A stretch of 64,000 nucleotides of DNA from a virus, in IMG/VR virus record IMGVR_UViG_3300046786_000331, positions 64,001 to 128,000 of that record; one strand, given 5' to 3'. The position numbers and the translations under genes were made by a program. How positions within the stretch are numbered: the first letter of the stretch is position 1; each line of letters begins with the position of its first letter. Under the pieces are notes generated by a model that saw only the letters and a program-made list of their open reading frames with translations, searched no databases and was not told the DNA's origin. Of this stretch, positions 6,083-15,577 are shown piece after piece.

Positions 6083-6916
6083 ATGGAATTTTCTTCTCTA
6101 GCATACGCAAAAATAAATCTTGAATTTGATCGAGAAATATTCATTCAAGAATATGATGCACATATCCTTCCGCACACTCGTCAACTGATGAACGGCGAAG
6201 GCGGTATGTTAGCAACTAAAGAATTAAATAAAATTTGGAACATGGTTCCTGAAGAAGAATACAGCACTGCTGATTCTTGGGAACAGCCAGGAGATGTTAC
6301 AACATTCAAAGCTATCATTAAAGGTCGTCAAATGTGGGATTTTGTACAAATCCTAACACTAAAAACTACCGATGGTGATCATCCTTTAATTAAACGTATG
6401 GCTGAAAAGGGTAGCGTAGGTTTACGCAATGAAACACTTGGCCGTGAATACTTTATTAAAGAACAATTTAAAGATTTAAAAATAGTTAAATGGATTTACG
6501 ATAGTTTACCATTAACTATGATTAACAGTATACAATGTGTATCTTTGCCACCGAACTCTTTCTCTACAATTCATAGAGATGGCAAAGGATTGATATCTGA
6601 AAATTTCAGTGGCGGAGTAAACAAAGTTTACAAGTCTGGTTTTGTTGTTATTAACATAAACATAACAGACGGTGGTGTTCCGTTATATTGGGCACCGGAT
6701 CATGCTCCTAGAGCTTGCGAAAAAGCAAACGATCCTGTATACTTAACTAACGATTATTTGTTACATGGTGTTCCAATTTGTACATCAAGACGTAGACAAA
6801 TAAGAGTTACTGGAATTCCAACACAGGAATTAGAGAGTTTGATAGATAAAGATACAATTTTTGATCTAGGCGAAAATTATAAATTTGCCGAGTTAAAGGA
6901 TCATTATAAATATTAA
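6083..6916 (+). CDS. Fe(II)/2OG oxygenase-like protein, paralog of 7663-8487
   Basis: IHRD...LHGV...RRQIR; TATAAATA at 6071-6078. Confidence 0.75.
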   Translation: MEFSSLAYAKINLEFDREIFIQEYDAHILPHTRQLMNGEGGMLATKELNKIWNMVPEEEYSTADSWEQPGDVTTFKAIIKGRQMWDFVQILTLKTTDGDHPLIKRMAEKGSVGLRNETLGREYFIKEQFKDLKIVKWIYDSLPLTMINSIQCVSLPPNSFSTIHRDGKGLISENFSGGVNKVYKSGFVVININITDGGVPLYWAPDHAPRACEKANDPVYLTNDYLLHGVPICTSRRRQIRVTGIPTQELESLIDKDTIFDLGENYKFAELKDHYKY

Positions 6917-6919
6917 CAT

Positions 6920-6993
6920 GCGGGGTTCGTATAGTGGTAATACCTTAGCCTTCCAAGCTAATGCTGAGAGTTCGATTCTCTTACCCCGCTCCA
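6920..6993 (+). tRNA. tRNA-Gly (TCC)
   Basis: Loop CTTCCAA, TCCA. Confidence 0.95.
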
Positions 6994-6997
6994 TTTT

Positions 6998-7573
6998 ATG
7001 CACACAGTAATAGACCAAAACGATATTTTTCGAAAGTTTAATTTTAGTTCCGTGATTACACCGGAAGATAATCAAGAAGCCATAGGCATTATAAAAAGTA
7101 TTATTGCCGACGGAAACTATTTTACTAATTCTCCAAAATATCAAACAAAAGAAAATATTTTTGCTAGACAGGAATCTGTATGGTTAAAGTATAGAATGAG
7201 TTTTTTGTTTAGTGTGTTTATGTACTTGGGTCGTGAAGTTAAGGTATCAAATATGATGGCCTGGAGTTTCATGACAAATCTCGAAGGTGCAGAAGATAGA
7301 GAAAAATTGTGGCATAATCATTGGCATCCACAAAATCCAAATAACAAAATGTTAAGCGGAATCTTTTATCTTCACATTCCAGAGAATGTACAAGACAGAG
7401 ATTATTGCGGAACAGAAATGGCTCCCAATGGTCCTACCGGTGACGGTAAATACTTCGTTAAACCAACTGATGGAAATTGGTTAGTTTATCCAAGTAATCA
7501 ATGGCATAGACCCGGCATTGTGCAAAGCAATGATTATAGGTTTATTTTAGCTGTTGATGTAGAATATCAATAA
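6998..7573 (+). CDS. Putative 2OG-Fe(II) oxygenase
   Basis: HNH...LSGIFYL...YPS..WH...RFILA. Confidence 0.7.
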   Translation: MHTVIDQNDIFRKFNFSSVITPEDNQEAIGIIKSIIADGNYFTNSPKYQTKENIFARQESVWLKYRMSFLFSVFMYLGREVKVSNMMAWSFMTNLEGAEDREKLWHNHWHPQNPNNKMLSGIFYLHIPENVQDRDYCGTEMAPNGPTGDGKYFVKPTDGNWLVYPSNQWHRPGIVQSNDYRFILAVDVEYQ

Positions 7574-7574
7574 T

Positions 7575-7650
7575 GCGGGCGTAGCTCAGTTGGTAGAGCA
7601 TTACCTTGCCAAGGTAAATGTCGAGAGTTCGAACCTCTTCGCCCGCTCCA
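7575..7650 (+). tRNA. tRNA-Gly (GCC)
   Basis: Loop TTGCCAA, TCCA. Confidence 0.95.
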
Positions 7651-7662
7651 ATAAATACCTTT

Positions 7663-8487
7663 ATGAATTTTTCAACACTTGCTCATGCAAAACTAAATCT
7701 AAGTTTTGATCAAGAGCTTTTCATAAAGGAATATGACAAGCGCATATATCCTAAATCATTCCCCATTTCTGCGGGAGTTGAATCTATCAATCGTACCATC
7801 AAATTGAATCAAACATGGAACATGGTTGATCCTAATATCTACGAACAAATCAATACAAACAGAGTTGACGAAAAGGGTGTGTATACTCCTATCGATAGAG
7901 GTCGCAAATCTTGGGTCATGCGACAACTGCTAGAACTAGATACTACAGAGATAACAAATCCTGTACTATTAAAATTTGCATCTATCGGAGGTGTTGGGTT
8001 GCGCAATGCTGCATACCAACATAATTTTAAAGTTAAAGAAGATTGTAAAGATTTACAGATTGTTGATTGGATTTATAAAAATTTACCTTTTGAAAAAATA
8101 GTAAGTATACATTGTGTTGCTATTGACCCAGATGGGTTTGCTCCGATACATAGAGATGACAAGAGTTTATTTGACAATAAGTCTAGTGTAGGCACTAATT
8201 TGTTCTACAAAAATAACTTTGTAATCATTAACATAAACGTCAGCAGTGGCGGTGTTCCTTTGTGTTGGGGACTTGACATGCCTAATGCAGATAACTGCCA
8301 TAAAGCTGACGATGCTGTTTATCTAACTAATGATTATTTCTTACACGGTGTTCCGCAGGTTACATCTCGAAGAAGACAAATACGTGTATCCGGAATTCCA
8401 AAACCAGAAATGTACGAACTATTTGATAAACAATCTATAGTTGACGTAGGCAACGATTATATTTTTAATCCTTTGTATCCAGGTTAA
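7663..8487 (+). CDS. Fe(II)/2OG oxygenase-like protein, paralog of 6083-6916
   Basis: IHRD...LHGV...RRQIR; N- and C-terminal blocks shared with the paralog. Confidence 0.75.
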   Translation: MNFSTLAHAKLNLSFDQELFIKEYDKRIYPKSFPISAGVESINRTIKLNQTWNMVDPNIYEQINTNRVDEKGVYTPIDRGRKSWVMRQLLELDTTEITNPVLLKFASIGGVGLRNAAYQHNFKVKEDCKDLQIVDWIYKNLPFEKIVSIHCVAIDPDGFAPIHRDDKSLFDNKSSVGTNLFYKNNFVIININVSSGGVPLCWGLDMPNADNCHKADDAVYLTNDYFLHGVPQVTSRRRQIRVSGIPKPEMYELFDKQSIVDVGNDYIFNPLYPG

Positions 8488-8515
8488 ATAGTAGCACTTA
8501 AAGGAAACATATTAA

Positions 8516-9976
8516 ATGGATGTTGTATTATGGAATGCGGGACCGGATTATACCCCCTATACAATTTTTAGAACATTAGGCCCATATAAAATTTCTCATG
8601 CAACAAGAAATGCAGGTTACACTTCGCAGGTTATCGATCATGTTAATTGGATGACTGAAGAGGAGTTGTATAACTGTACAATTAAGTTTGTTGACAACGA
8701 AACAACGCTTCTTGGTATTTCCACAACATTCTTAATGGCTGGTACTCATGAACTGCCTGCACACGCATTAAATGTCTTACATCGAATCACAGAAGAGTTT
8801 CCTAAAATACATGTTGTGTTTGGCGGCTATCAGGCAAGAGATCCGACCTTAAGAAACATCATTAGGGCCAAGTACTCTGTTATATTAGAGTACGGTGAAG
8901 ATACCTTTGTTGAGTTATTAGAATATCACAAAGGTAAAGGCAAGTTGCCTCCTTTCACATTGATTACAAGACCCTGGGGCAACGTAAAAGTTTTCAAAAC
9001 TCCCAAGGTACAAAAATTCGATATCGAAAAAGACAATCATTTGTTCACTGATCAAGATTGTATTCTTCCCAACGAAACACTGCCTATTGAAATCAGTAGA
9101 GGCTGTATTTTCAAATGTAAGTTTTGTAATCACTTAATGCTAGGGCGAGGTAAATTAGATTACCTTCGAAGCATGGAATGTGTAAAACAAGAGTTGATTC
9201 ACAATTACGAGAAGTGGAACATTACAAACTATTACATCATTTGTGATACGTTTAATGACACTGAGTATAAGATGCAAGAGTGGCATAAGATGGTAACGTC
9301 ATTGCCTTTCAAGATACAATATACTGCATACCTAAGAGCAGACTTATTAGACAGATATCCAGATGTTCCTTATCTTTTAAAAGAGTCAGGACTGATATCT
9401 GGATTCCACGGAATTGAAACTCTAAGTCAACACGGATCAACAGTCATCGGAAAAGGATGGAGTGGCAAGAAAGCCAAGGACTATATTCCTAAACTCTATC
9501 ACGATATCTGGGGTGGTGAAGTTTTTCAAACCTTGAGTTTTATTGTTGGCTTGCCCGGGGATACTAGAGAAACATTTGTTGATACATTAGATTGGTTTGA
9601 GCAGAATGATTTACATCACATGGCTATTCACAATCTAGGAATCAACAACAATAAGTTTAACAAGCATCTAAGTGAGTTTGACTTAAATGCTGAAAGCTAT
9701 GGTTATACGTTTCCTTGGCCCGAGCGTCCGTGGGCATGGAAAAATGATCAATGGGATCATGATCAAGTAGAAGCGTTTGTTAAAGAACAACAACCTAGAA
9801 TCGGAAAAATATCTGCATGGTATGGTTCGTGGGTTACACTAATGTTGATGCAATACGGGTTTGATAAGAGCTTGTTTAAAAAGGAAGCATCTAGAACAGC
9901 ATTTACAGTACCTCAGTTAAATAGTTTAGCGAAAGAACAAATTCAGCGTTATATTAAAAAAATATTAGAACTATGA
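8516..9976 (+). CDS. B12-binding-type radical SAM protein
   Basis: SRGCIFKCKFC (CxxxCxxC), N-terminal GISTTF...VFGG, GIET, FIVGLPGDT. Confidence 0.85.
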   Translation: MDVVLWNAGPDYTPYTIFRTLGPYKISHATRNAGYTSQVIDHVNWMTEEELYNCTIKFVDNETTLLGISTTFLMAGTHELPAHALNVLHRITEEFPKIHVVFGGYQARDPTLRNIIRAKYSVILEYGEDTFVELLEYHKGKGKLPPFTLITRPWGNVKVFKTPKVQKFDIEKDNHLFTDQDCILPNETLPIEISRGCIFKCKFCNHLMLGRGKLDYLRSMECVKQELIHNYEKWNITNYYIICDTFNDTEYKMQEWHKMVTSLPFKIQYTAYLRADLLDRYPDVPYLLKESGLISGFHGIETLSQHGSTVIGKGWSGKKAKDYIPKLYHDIWGGEVFQTLSFIVGLPGDTRETFVDTLDWFEQNDLHHMAIHNLGINNNKFNKHLSEFDLNAESYGYTFPWPERPWAWKNDQWDHDQVEAFVKEQQPRIGKISAWYGSWVTLMLMQYGFDKSLFKKEASRTAFTVPQLNSLAKEQIQRYIKKILEL

Positions 9977-11109
9977 TACCCGAGATAAGTTACCCAAATG
10001 TGTTAGTACCCGTTGCGTTTCCAGAGGATCCTCTGTTAGACAAGGCATCGGTATTGTCTCAATTTGACAATAACACAGGGTTACAGGTATTGCATCTTAA
10101 AGAAGATATCCTTAAACCAGATGTAGTAAAGATGCTTGCTGACAGAAATCTGTCAATAGATAAGATAGATGTTTGGCGCTGGAACCTATCAATGACTAGA
10201 GGACAACCACCGCACACTGATGGCGGCTACGGAGATACAAAAGGTAGAAAGGTTGGACTGAATTGGTCATTGGCTCCTGATAATAGCAGTATCGACTTTT
10301 ACGATACTGCGTATGGTACTCCACAATTCGAAGCCATTGAAGATAGAAGCCATACTTTTTGGAAGATGGCTGAAGGCACTAAGCCGTTAGTTTCGTGGCG
10401 CAATAGATATCCCTCAGTTATTAATACTCAAACACCACATGCTATCACTGGACCCGAGGGTGAGTTTCGTTATAGCATGACAATAAAGTTCGTAGGAAAT
10501 CCTAGCTTCGACGAAGTAATTTCTAATTTGTGGGATTTACGATTAGATACTGATTGCTGGCCATTAAAAATGTCAGATGAAGAAGTTGAGATTGTTAAAC
10601 AAGAAGTAATCAAATTAGAAAAACTTCCAAACGTTGTTCAGAATGTAGGAGAGAAAATTGCTTCTTATAAGCTGCCTATTGTTCCTGATAGTTTGCTGGT
10701 AAAAACAATAGAAAAATACTGTAAGAGAAAATTTAAATCTTTTCGAATTTTTCATATGCAACCAGGTGTAAGAGCCGAGATGCATGTTGACTATGATCAA
10801 TGGCTTAAAGTTATTCCTGGATATGCTTTAAACTTTCCATTGTTTGGCTGCGAAGATAGCAGCGTAGAATTTTTTAGAAATCTTGGTGATCAAGAAGCTA
10901 GATCGCACGAAAAGTCCGGAGTGGGCGGATATCTATATCCCACAGATCCTAATAAGGTGTTTTTAAATCATACATTGTATATGTTAGAGCCACATCTTAT
11001 TAGAGTTAACGTTCCACACTTAGTTGATAATTTTTCTAATCATGAAAGAAAGATTTTAAGTGTGCGATTCTTTGAAGAAGAAAACGACCTCCCTTCAAAC
11101 ATAATTTAG
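9973..11109 (+). CDS. Tandem two-domain cupin/2OG oxygenase-like protein
   Basis: PHTD...PHAI...RYS and MHVD...PHLV...RKILS. Confidence 0.7.
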   Translation: MIPEISYPNVLVPVAFPEDPLLDKASVLSQFDNNTGLQVLHLKEDILKPDVVKMLADRNLSIDKIDVWRWNLSMTRGQPPHTDGGYGDTKGRKVGLNWSLAPDNSSIDFYDTAYGTPQFEAIEDRSHTFWKMAEGTKPLVSWRNRYPSVINTQTPHAITGPEGEFRYSMTIKFVGNPSFDEVISNLWDLRLDTDCWPLKMSDEEVEIVKQEVIKLEKLPNVVQNVGEKIASYKLPIVPDSLLVKTIEKYCKRKFKSFRIFHMQPGVRAEMHVDYDQWLKVIPGYALNFPLFGCEDSSVEFFRNLGDQEARSHEKSGVGGYLYPTDPNKVFLNHTLYMLEPHLIRVNVPHLVDNFSNHERKILSVRFFEEENDLPSNII

Positions 11110-11184
11110 CTGGCCATCGTATAATGGATAATACAACTCTCTTCTAAAGAGTGAATGTGGGTTCAATTCCTGCTGGCCGGACCA
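11110..11184 (+). tRNA. tRNA-Arg (TCT)
   Basis: Loop CTTCTAA, ACCA. Confidence 0.93.
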
Positions 11185-11189
11185 GACAT

Positions 11190-11263
11190 GCTCTCATAGT
11201 TAAATGGTAGAACGCCTCTTTGGTATGGAGGTGATGAAAGTTCGATTCTTTCTGAGAGCACCA
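11190..11263 (+). tRNA. tRNA-Thr (GGT)
   Basis: Loop TTGGTAT, ACCA. Confidence 0.92.
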
Positions 11264-11292
11264 TTGACAAAGTAAATAAGAGAAAGTATAAT
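11264..11292 (+). promoter_or_regulatory. Consensus sigma70 promoter (leaderless to ATG 11299)
   Basis: TTGACA-17 bp-TATAAT. Confidence 0.85.
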
Positions 11293-11298
11293 AACAGA

Positions 11299-11529
11299 AT
11301 GTATAAAGTAAACGGAAAAAACGTAATGTATGAAGTGCATACATTAGATGAAGCAATGAAGTGGGCAAAGCAAATGAATGAGTTTGTTACTATTGTAGGT
11401 GACGACTTTGAAGTATGTGGAATGTTCGGAGTAGACAGCATCAAGGACGGAAAGTGTCCAGACGGTGTTGCATACGATTGGAACAAGGCATCACGTATCG
11501 GAAGAGTAAAGAAAGAACGAGTAGTATAA
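11299..11529 (+). CDS. Hypothetical protein
   Basis: ORF directly after promoter, coupled to pth2. Confidence 0.75.
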   Translation: MYKVNGKNVMYEVHTLDEAMKWAKQMNEFVTIVGDDFEVCGMFGVDSIKDGKCPDGVAYDWNKASRIGRVKKERVV

Positions 11530-11909
11530 TGGAACACAAGCAAGTCATTGTAATGCGTAAGGATTTAAACATGCGAAAGGGCAAGTTAGTTGCTCAAGGA
11601 GCTCATGCTTCTCTTGGCGCAATTTTAAGTCTTTGTAAGCAGGACGGAGACAAGCTAATTCTTGAAATGGACGAACGTACTAGGCCTTGGCTTACAGGAC
11701 GTTTCAAGAAAATTTGTGTTTATGTAAACACTGAGCAAGAGTTATTAGATATTCATCAGGAAGCAAAACTGCATGGACTAGTAACCAGCCTTATACAAGA
11801 TGCAGGACTAACAGAATTTGGTGGTGTTAAAACATATACCGCTGTTGCAGTAGGTCCGGATCGAGAAGATAGAATCGATGCAGTTTGTAAACATTTACCG
11901 TTATATTAA
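11529..11909 (+). CDS. pth2: Peptidyl-tRNA hydrolase type 2
   Basis: KQVIVMRKDLNMRKGKLVAQGAHAS...IQDAGLTE...TAVAVGP...HLPLY. Confidence 0.92.
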   Translation: MEHKQVIVMRKDLNMRKGKLVAQGAHASLGAILSLCKQDGDKLILEMDERTRPWLTGRFKKICVYVNTEQELLDIHQEAKLHGLVTSLIQDAGLTEFGGVKTYTAVAVGPDREDRIDAVCKHLPLY

Positions 11910-11919
11910 GGAGAACCAT

Positions 11920-12597
11920 ATGAAACGTGTAATCGAAATTCGTGCCGCAGAAGGTGGCGAAGATAGTAAGTTATTTGTAAGTGATCTCGCGACTGCTTAC
12001 AGCAAATTAGGAATGAAGCTGGGCTGAACTACCCGCCTGATAGATGTGCGTCAAGGTGAATGTAGTTTAGAAGTTCAGGGCGCAGATTTATCCGGCTTAG
12101 ATAACGAGCCAGGTGGACATAGGATACAGCGAGTTCCACCAACCGAAAGGAAGGGGCGTGTCCATACAAGCACAGTAACGGTTGCAGTCATAGACTCCGA
12201 CACAGAAATTGGATCTGTTTCTATACTAGAAAAAGATTTAAAAATCGAATGGTATAGCGGTACTGGTGCTGGAGGTCAATACAGGAACAAACATCAAAAC
12301 TCATGCCGGATAACTCACATACCTACAGGTACTGTAGCTAAAGCAGAGTGCAGAAGTAGGACAAATAGTCTTGAAGAAGCTATGGCTGCTATACAACAAC
12401 GAGTTGACACAGCAGCTAATAGGCAGTACACTAATAGTATCGCTAGCAATAGAAAGCAACAAGTTGGCTCCGGAATGCGAGGAGACAAAATTCGCACTTA
12501 TCGCTTTCAAGACGATACTGTGCAGGATCACGTAACCGGTAAAAAAGCAAACGCTAAAAAAGTGTTATCTGGTAACTTTGACTTACTTTGGAACTAA
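11920..12597 (+). CDS. N-truncated RF1-like class I release factor with in-frame TGA at 12025-12027
   Basis: AAGGAG SD, ATG 11920; IEIRAAEGG, G-stop at the usual GW position, HRIQRVPPTE..GRVHTS (PxT), GAGGQ, RIRTY-like KIRTY. Confidence 0.85.
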
Positions 12598-12816
12598 ATG
12601 GCAAAAGACGATATCATTGAATTGACAGGCACAGTTGAAGAAGTATTGCCGGGCAATATGTTTAAAGTGAAGGTAGACAACCTTCCTAATCTATTGCTCT
12701 GCTATACTAGCGGAAAACTTAAACAACACAAGATTAGAATTATTCTCGGTGACAAAATTAAGTTAGAAGTTAGTCCATACGACCTCACTAAAGGTCGTGT
12801 AACATACAGATTATAA
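12598..12816 (+). CDS. infA: Translation initiation factor IF-1
   Basis: MAKDDIIE..G.V.EVLP...SGKLK...IRII.GD...EVSPYDLTKGRVTYR. Confidence 0.95.
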   Translation: MAKDDIIELTGTVEEVLPGNMFKVKVDNLPNLLLCYTSGKLKQHKIRIILGDKIKLEVSPYDLTKGRVTYRL

Positions 12817-12817
12817 T

Positions 12818-13069
12818 ATGACAAAAGAAATTCCAGTTCACAGAGATCAATTAGGTCGAGTACTTAATATGGGAGACTGTGTTGCTTATCCTCAGAGCAA
12901 CAGTCTTGTGATTGGTGTTGTTCGTAAGATTAATCCTAAGATGATTGGTGTTCGAAGAATCGGTAAAAATGGTTGGGGTTCAGAGAAAAACAAATATCCT
13001 GTAGATTGTGTTAAACTCGACGGCCCTGAAGTTACAATGTTTATTATCAAGAACGCAGGTACAGAATGA
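12818..13069 (+). CDS. Hypothetical protein
   Basis: Tightly packed ORF. Confidence 0.7.
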   Translation: MTKEIPVHRDQLGRVLNMGDCVAYPQSNSLVIGVVRKINPKMIGVRRIGKNGWGSEKNKYPVDCVKLDGPEVTMFIIKNAGTE

Positions 13070-13260
13070 TTTACATTTTAATGATTTGGACAGTAGTAGG
13101 TGTAGGTGCTGCTGATAGGACTCCTAACATTATCAAAATGGATTGGCGTCCACTCGGCGAGTTTTATTCGGGTATAGATAACGGTAAAGAAATGTGTGAA
13201 AAAGCTGCTCGTGAGCTTGGTTTGAAAACTGAAAACTATCGTTGCATTAGGAGCAAGTAA
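13066..13260 (+). CDS. Small hypothetical protein with hydrophobic N-terminus
   Basis: ATGA overlap. Confidence 0.65.
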   Translation: MIYILMIWTVVGVGAADRTPNIIKMDWRPLGEFYSGIDNGKEMCEKAARELGLKTENYRCIRSK

Positions 13261-13520
13261 TGAAATTCATCCGTCAAGTAATCAGAGGTGCAGGATATCT
13301 TGAAGGCTACGGTGATCACCCGGGCAAAGACGCAGTAGTGATAACGCTTCTTGTTTGCGGTCTTGCAGGAATTGAGAAGGGCGGACTTACTGGATTCCTG
13401 GGAGGCATGGCCATTGGAGCAATCTTTGTTCTTCCGTTATTTGTCGTCGGTTGTATTGATCGTGCAAATGCCTGTGATAAACAACAGGCTCTGTTATTAG
13501 AGAAGATTAAGAATAGTTAA
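13260..13520 (+). CDS. Hypothetical membrane protein
   Basis: Two hydrophobic segments. Confidence 0.65.
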   Translation: MKFIRQVIRGAGYLEGYGDHPGKDAVVITLLVCGLAGIEKGGLTGFLGGMAIGAIFVLPLFVVGCIDRANACDKQQALLLEKIKNS

Positions 13521-13535
13521 CCGTGAGGAGTTATC

Positions 13536-13907
13536 ATGAGTATGTATAATATGATTTTTGGAATGAACCCAGACACTGATAAGATCCTATCATTGTTGGG
13601 TAAGACACAGGGCGATTTCGGTCGCTTCCGCAGTGTATTTCTCGAGGACGGTTATATTGTTGTTCACACACGCAACGGTGGTGGCAATCGTGAAGACTAT
13701 GAAGATGTCTTTGAAGAAATGTCTGATCATCCTTGGTACAGTCACGACGAAGATGACAGCTTCGACTGCACTTATGCAAACATCTACTTCAAGGTGCCTG
13801 AAGGTAAAGAAGAAACATTAGTAGCATTGCACAACTTTGATAAAGGTGCTAATCCTGCTAATCAGTGGGCAGAACTCTTTGCCATGATGGAAGCATTGAA
13901 GAAGTAA
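13536..13907 (+). CDS. Conserved phage hypothetical protein
   Basis: GAGGAG SD; RFR...TRNGGGNR...DDSFDCTYA. Confidence 0.8.
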   Translation: MSMYNMIFGMNPDTDKILSLLGKTQGDFGRFRSVFLEDGYIVVHTRNGGGNREDYEDVFEEMSDHPWYSHDEDDSFDCTYANIYFKVPEGKEETLVALHNFDKGANPANQWAELFAMMEALKK

Positions 13908-14141
13908 ATGACTGTATACGCAGACGGAATAAAGTATCAAACAATGTATCTTCCTTGTGGAGGTGTTGCAGATTTTGACGAGTCAAGCGGTATTAGCTAT
14001 CGCTGTGAGTGCGGCGCAGTTGTGGGTAGTATTGGTCAACCACGTGAGTGTGTTGAAGAAGCAAAGAAATATGATGTCCTTAAAGCCTTAGGCGGCAAAG
14101 GTTGGGATTATAATAAAGGAGAACCTTATGCCTTGGATTGA
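13908..14141 (+). CDS. Small Cys-containing hypothetical protein
   Basis: LPCGG...YRCECGAVVGS. Confidence 0.7.
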   Translation: MTVYADGIKYQTMYLPCGGVADFDESSGISYRCECGAVVGSIGQPRECVEEAKKYDVLKALGGKGWDYNKGEPYALD

Positions 14142-14619
14142 AAATGTATCACTAGGAGATATTCCTAAAGGTCGGCACCACAATGCTGGCGAGAATTCCA
14201 TGCTGATACAGATTGTAGATCCGGACATGGAGTTTCCTGTGCCTATGCACACATTCAAAGAGACACATCAGTTTAAGTTTCTCGACTTAGAGAAAGACGA
14301 CGATGCAGACGAAGCACTAAAGATCACAGATACGCAAGCAGAACAACTTGTAGCACTTCTACAACACGCATTAGACAAGCGTATGAATGTTGTGGTACAT
14401 TGTGTAGCAGGTGTATGTCGTAGCGGTGCTGTATGTGAAGTAGGCACTATCTTAGGTTTCAACGATACTGAAGCATTCCGTAGTCCTAATCTTCTTGTCA
14501 AACACAAGATGATGAAAGTTTTAGGCATGACTTACAATGAAAACGAGCCGCATACTATCAACGGAGTGACTACTGATTGGGGATTTGTAATACCCAAGCA
14601 GCGTGAAGGGGATATCTGA
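14128..14619 (+). CDS. Tyrosine/dual-specificity phosphatase-like protein
   Basis: VHCVAGVCRS (HCxxGxxRS). Confidence 0.8.
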   Translation: MPWIENVSLGDIPKGRHHNAGENSMLIQIVDPDMEFPVPMHTFKETHQFKFLDLEKDDDADEALKITDTQAEQLVALLQHALDKRMNVVVHCVAGVCRSGAVCEVGTILGFNDTEAFRSPNLLVKHKMMKVLGMTYNENEPHTINGVTTDWGFVIPKQREGDI

Positions 14620-14648
14620 TTGACGCTCTCCTAGAATGGTGCTATAAT
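14620..14648 (+). promoter_or_regulatory. Sigma70-type promoter
   Basis: TTGACG-17 bp-TATAAT. Confidence 0.75.
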
Positions 14649-14681
14649 GTTTATACACAGACACATTTTTAGGAGTAGATT

Positions 14682-14894
14682 ATGGCACAGATCAAGAAGC
14701 CTAATGTTACAGCGTTCAAAGTTGAACTAACAGAGTACGAACGCGGTTGGGGACAAAAGCCCTGGGATACTATCTACTTTGACAACGAAGCCGAAGCTCG
14801 TCAATACGCTATTGACTACAATACTAAACACAATAATCTAGACTCTGCACCTGACTGGTATGTTCGTGCAGACTATGCAGGAAAGGTTGCATAA
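14682..14894 (+). CDS. Hypothetical protein
   Basis: AGGAG SD; EYERGWGQK motif. Confidence 0.75.
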   Translation: MAQIKKPNVTAFKVELTEYERGWGQKPWDTIYFDNEAEARQYAIDYNTKHNNLDSAPDWYVRADYAGKVA

Positions 14895-15271
14895 TGAATT
14901 ATCAAGCAATGGACGAAGTTGTCTTTGACGGCATTCGTTTTCTTGAAAGCCTTACTCGATGCTACGGTCCTGAAAAGGGCATGGAAGTGTGGGAAGCAAT
15001 GGGTCATGCAGTAGGCGACGATATTAAAGGCAAAGTGTTCTTTAGTATGCTTACTGGTGAGTCTAGCAATCGAGTCCGTGTGCAAAAAGGTACCTGTAAT
15101 CAAGCAGTTGCCGCTATCAAAGCTATACGTATAGGTACTGGACTCGGTCTTAAAGACGCTAAAGATGCTTGGGACTTGAGTGCTATAAAAGTAGTAACTC
15201 TAGATGTAGCACACGAAGAAAAGCGTGAAATGGTTAACACATTGAGAAGCCTGGGGATGATTATATCATGA
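14894..15271 (+). CDS. Protein with C-terminal ribosomal bL12 CTD-like domain
   Basis: VAAIKAIRIGTGLGLKDAKD resembles the bL12 IKxVRxxTGLGLKEAK motif. Confidence 0.7.
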   Translation: MNYQAMDEVVFDGIRFLESLTRCYGPEKGMEVWEAMGHAVGDDIKGKVFFSMLTGESSNRVRVQKGTCNQAVAAIKAIRIGTGLGLKDAKDAWDLSAIKVVTLDVAHEEKREMVNTLRSLGMIIS

Positions 15272-15576
15272 GCGTTGAATACACATTCATTGGTTGGTGT
15301 CGTGACGAAGAAGCCAACGCTGACAAAGTCTGGGGCATTATGAAACTTAATGGCGACAACTGGAACGGTAGCTATGTTAGCTTCTGGGGACGTCGTGGTA
15401 AGAAGTTACAGACTAAGTTGCACAAGGACGAAGTCTTGTGGGGCATGGAACGTATGGCAGATAAGAAGATGGACAAGGGTTACAAAAAGATCGACAAAGA
15501 CAAGCTCGATACTGTGTATCCCGAGTTTCAATCAGACTTAGAAAAGACTGCATTCTGGAATATGTTTAAGGTATAA
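15268..15576 (+). CDS. WGR-domain-like protein
   Basis: DKVW...FWGRRG...KKMDKGY. Confidence 0.7.
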   Translation: MSVEYTFIGWCRDEEANADKVWGIMKLNGDNWNGSYVSFWGRRGKKLQTKLHKDEVLWGMERMADKKMDKGYKKIDKDKLDTVYPEFQSDLEKTAFWNMFKV

Positions 15577-15577
15577 T

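Noticed and set aside
12010-12046. prfB-type +1 frameshift or selenocysteine at the RF UGA
   Set aside because: There is no CTT-TGA slippery site, and both halves are already in the same frame. The aligned residue is Trp rather than Cys, and no sel genes are seen, so Sec is unlikely though not excluded.
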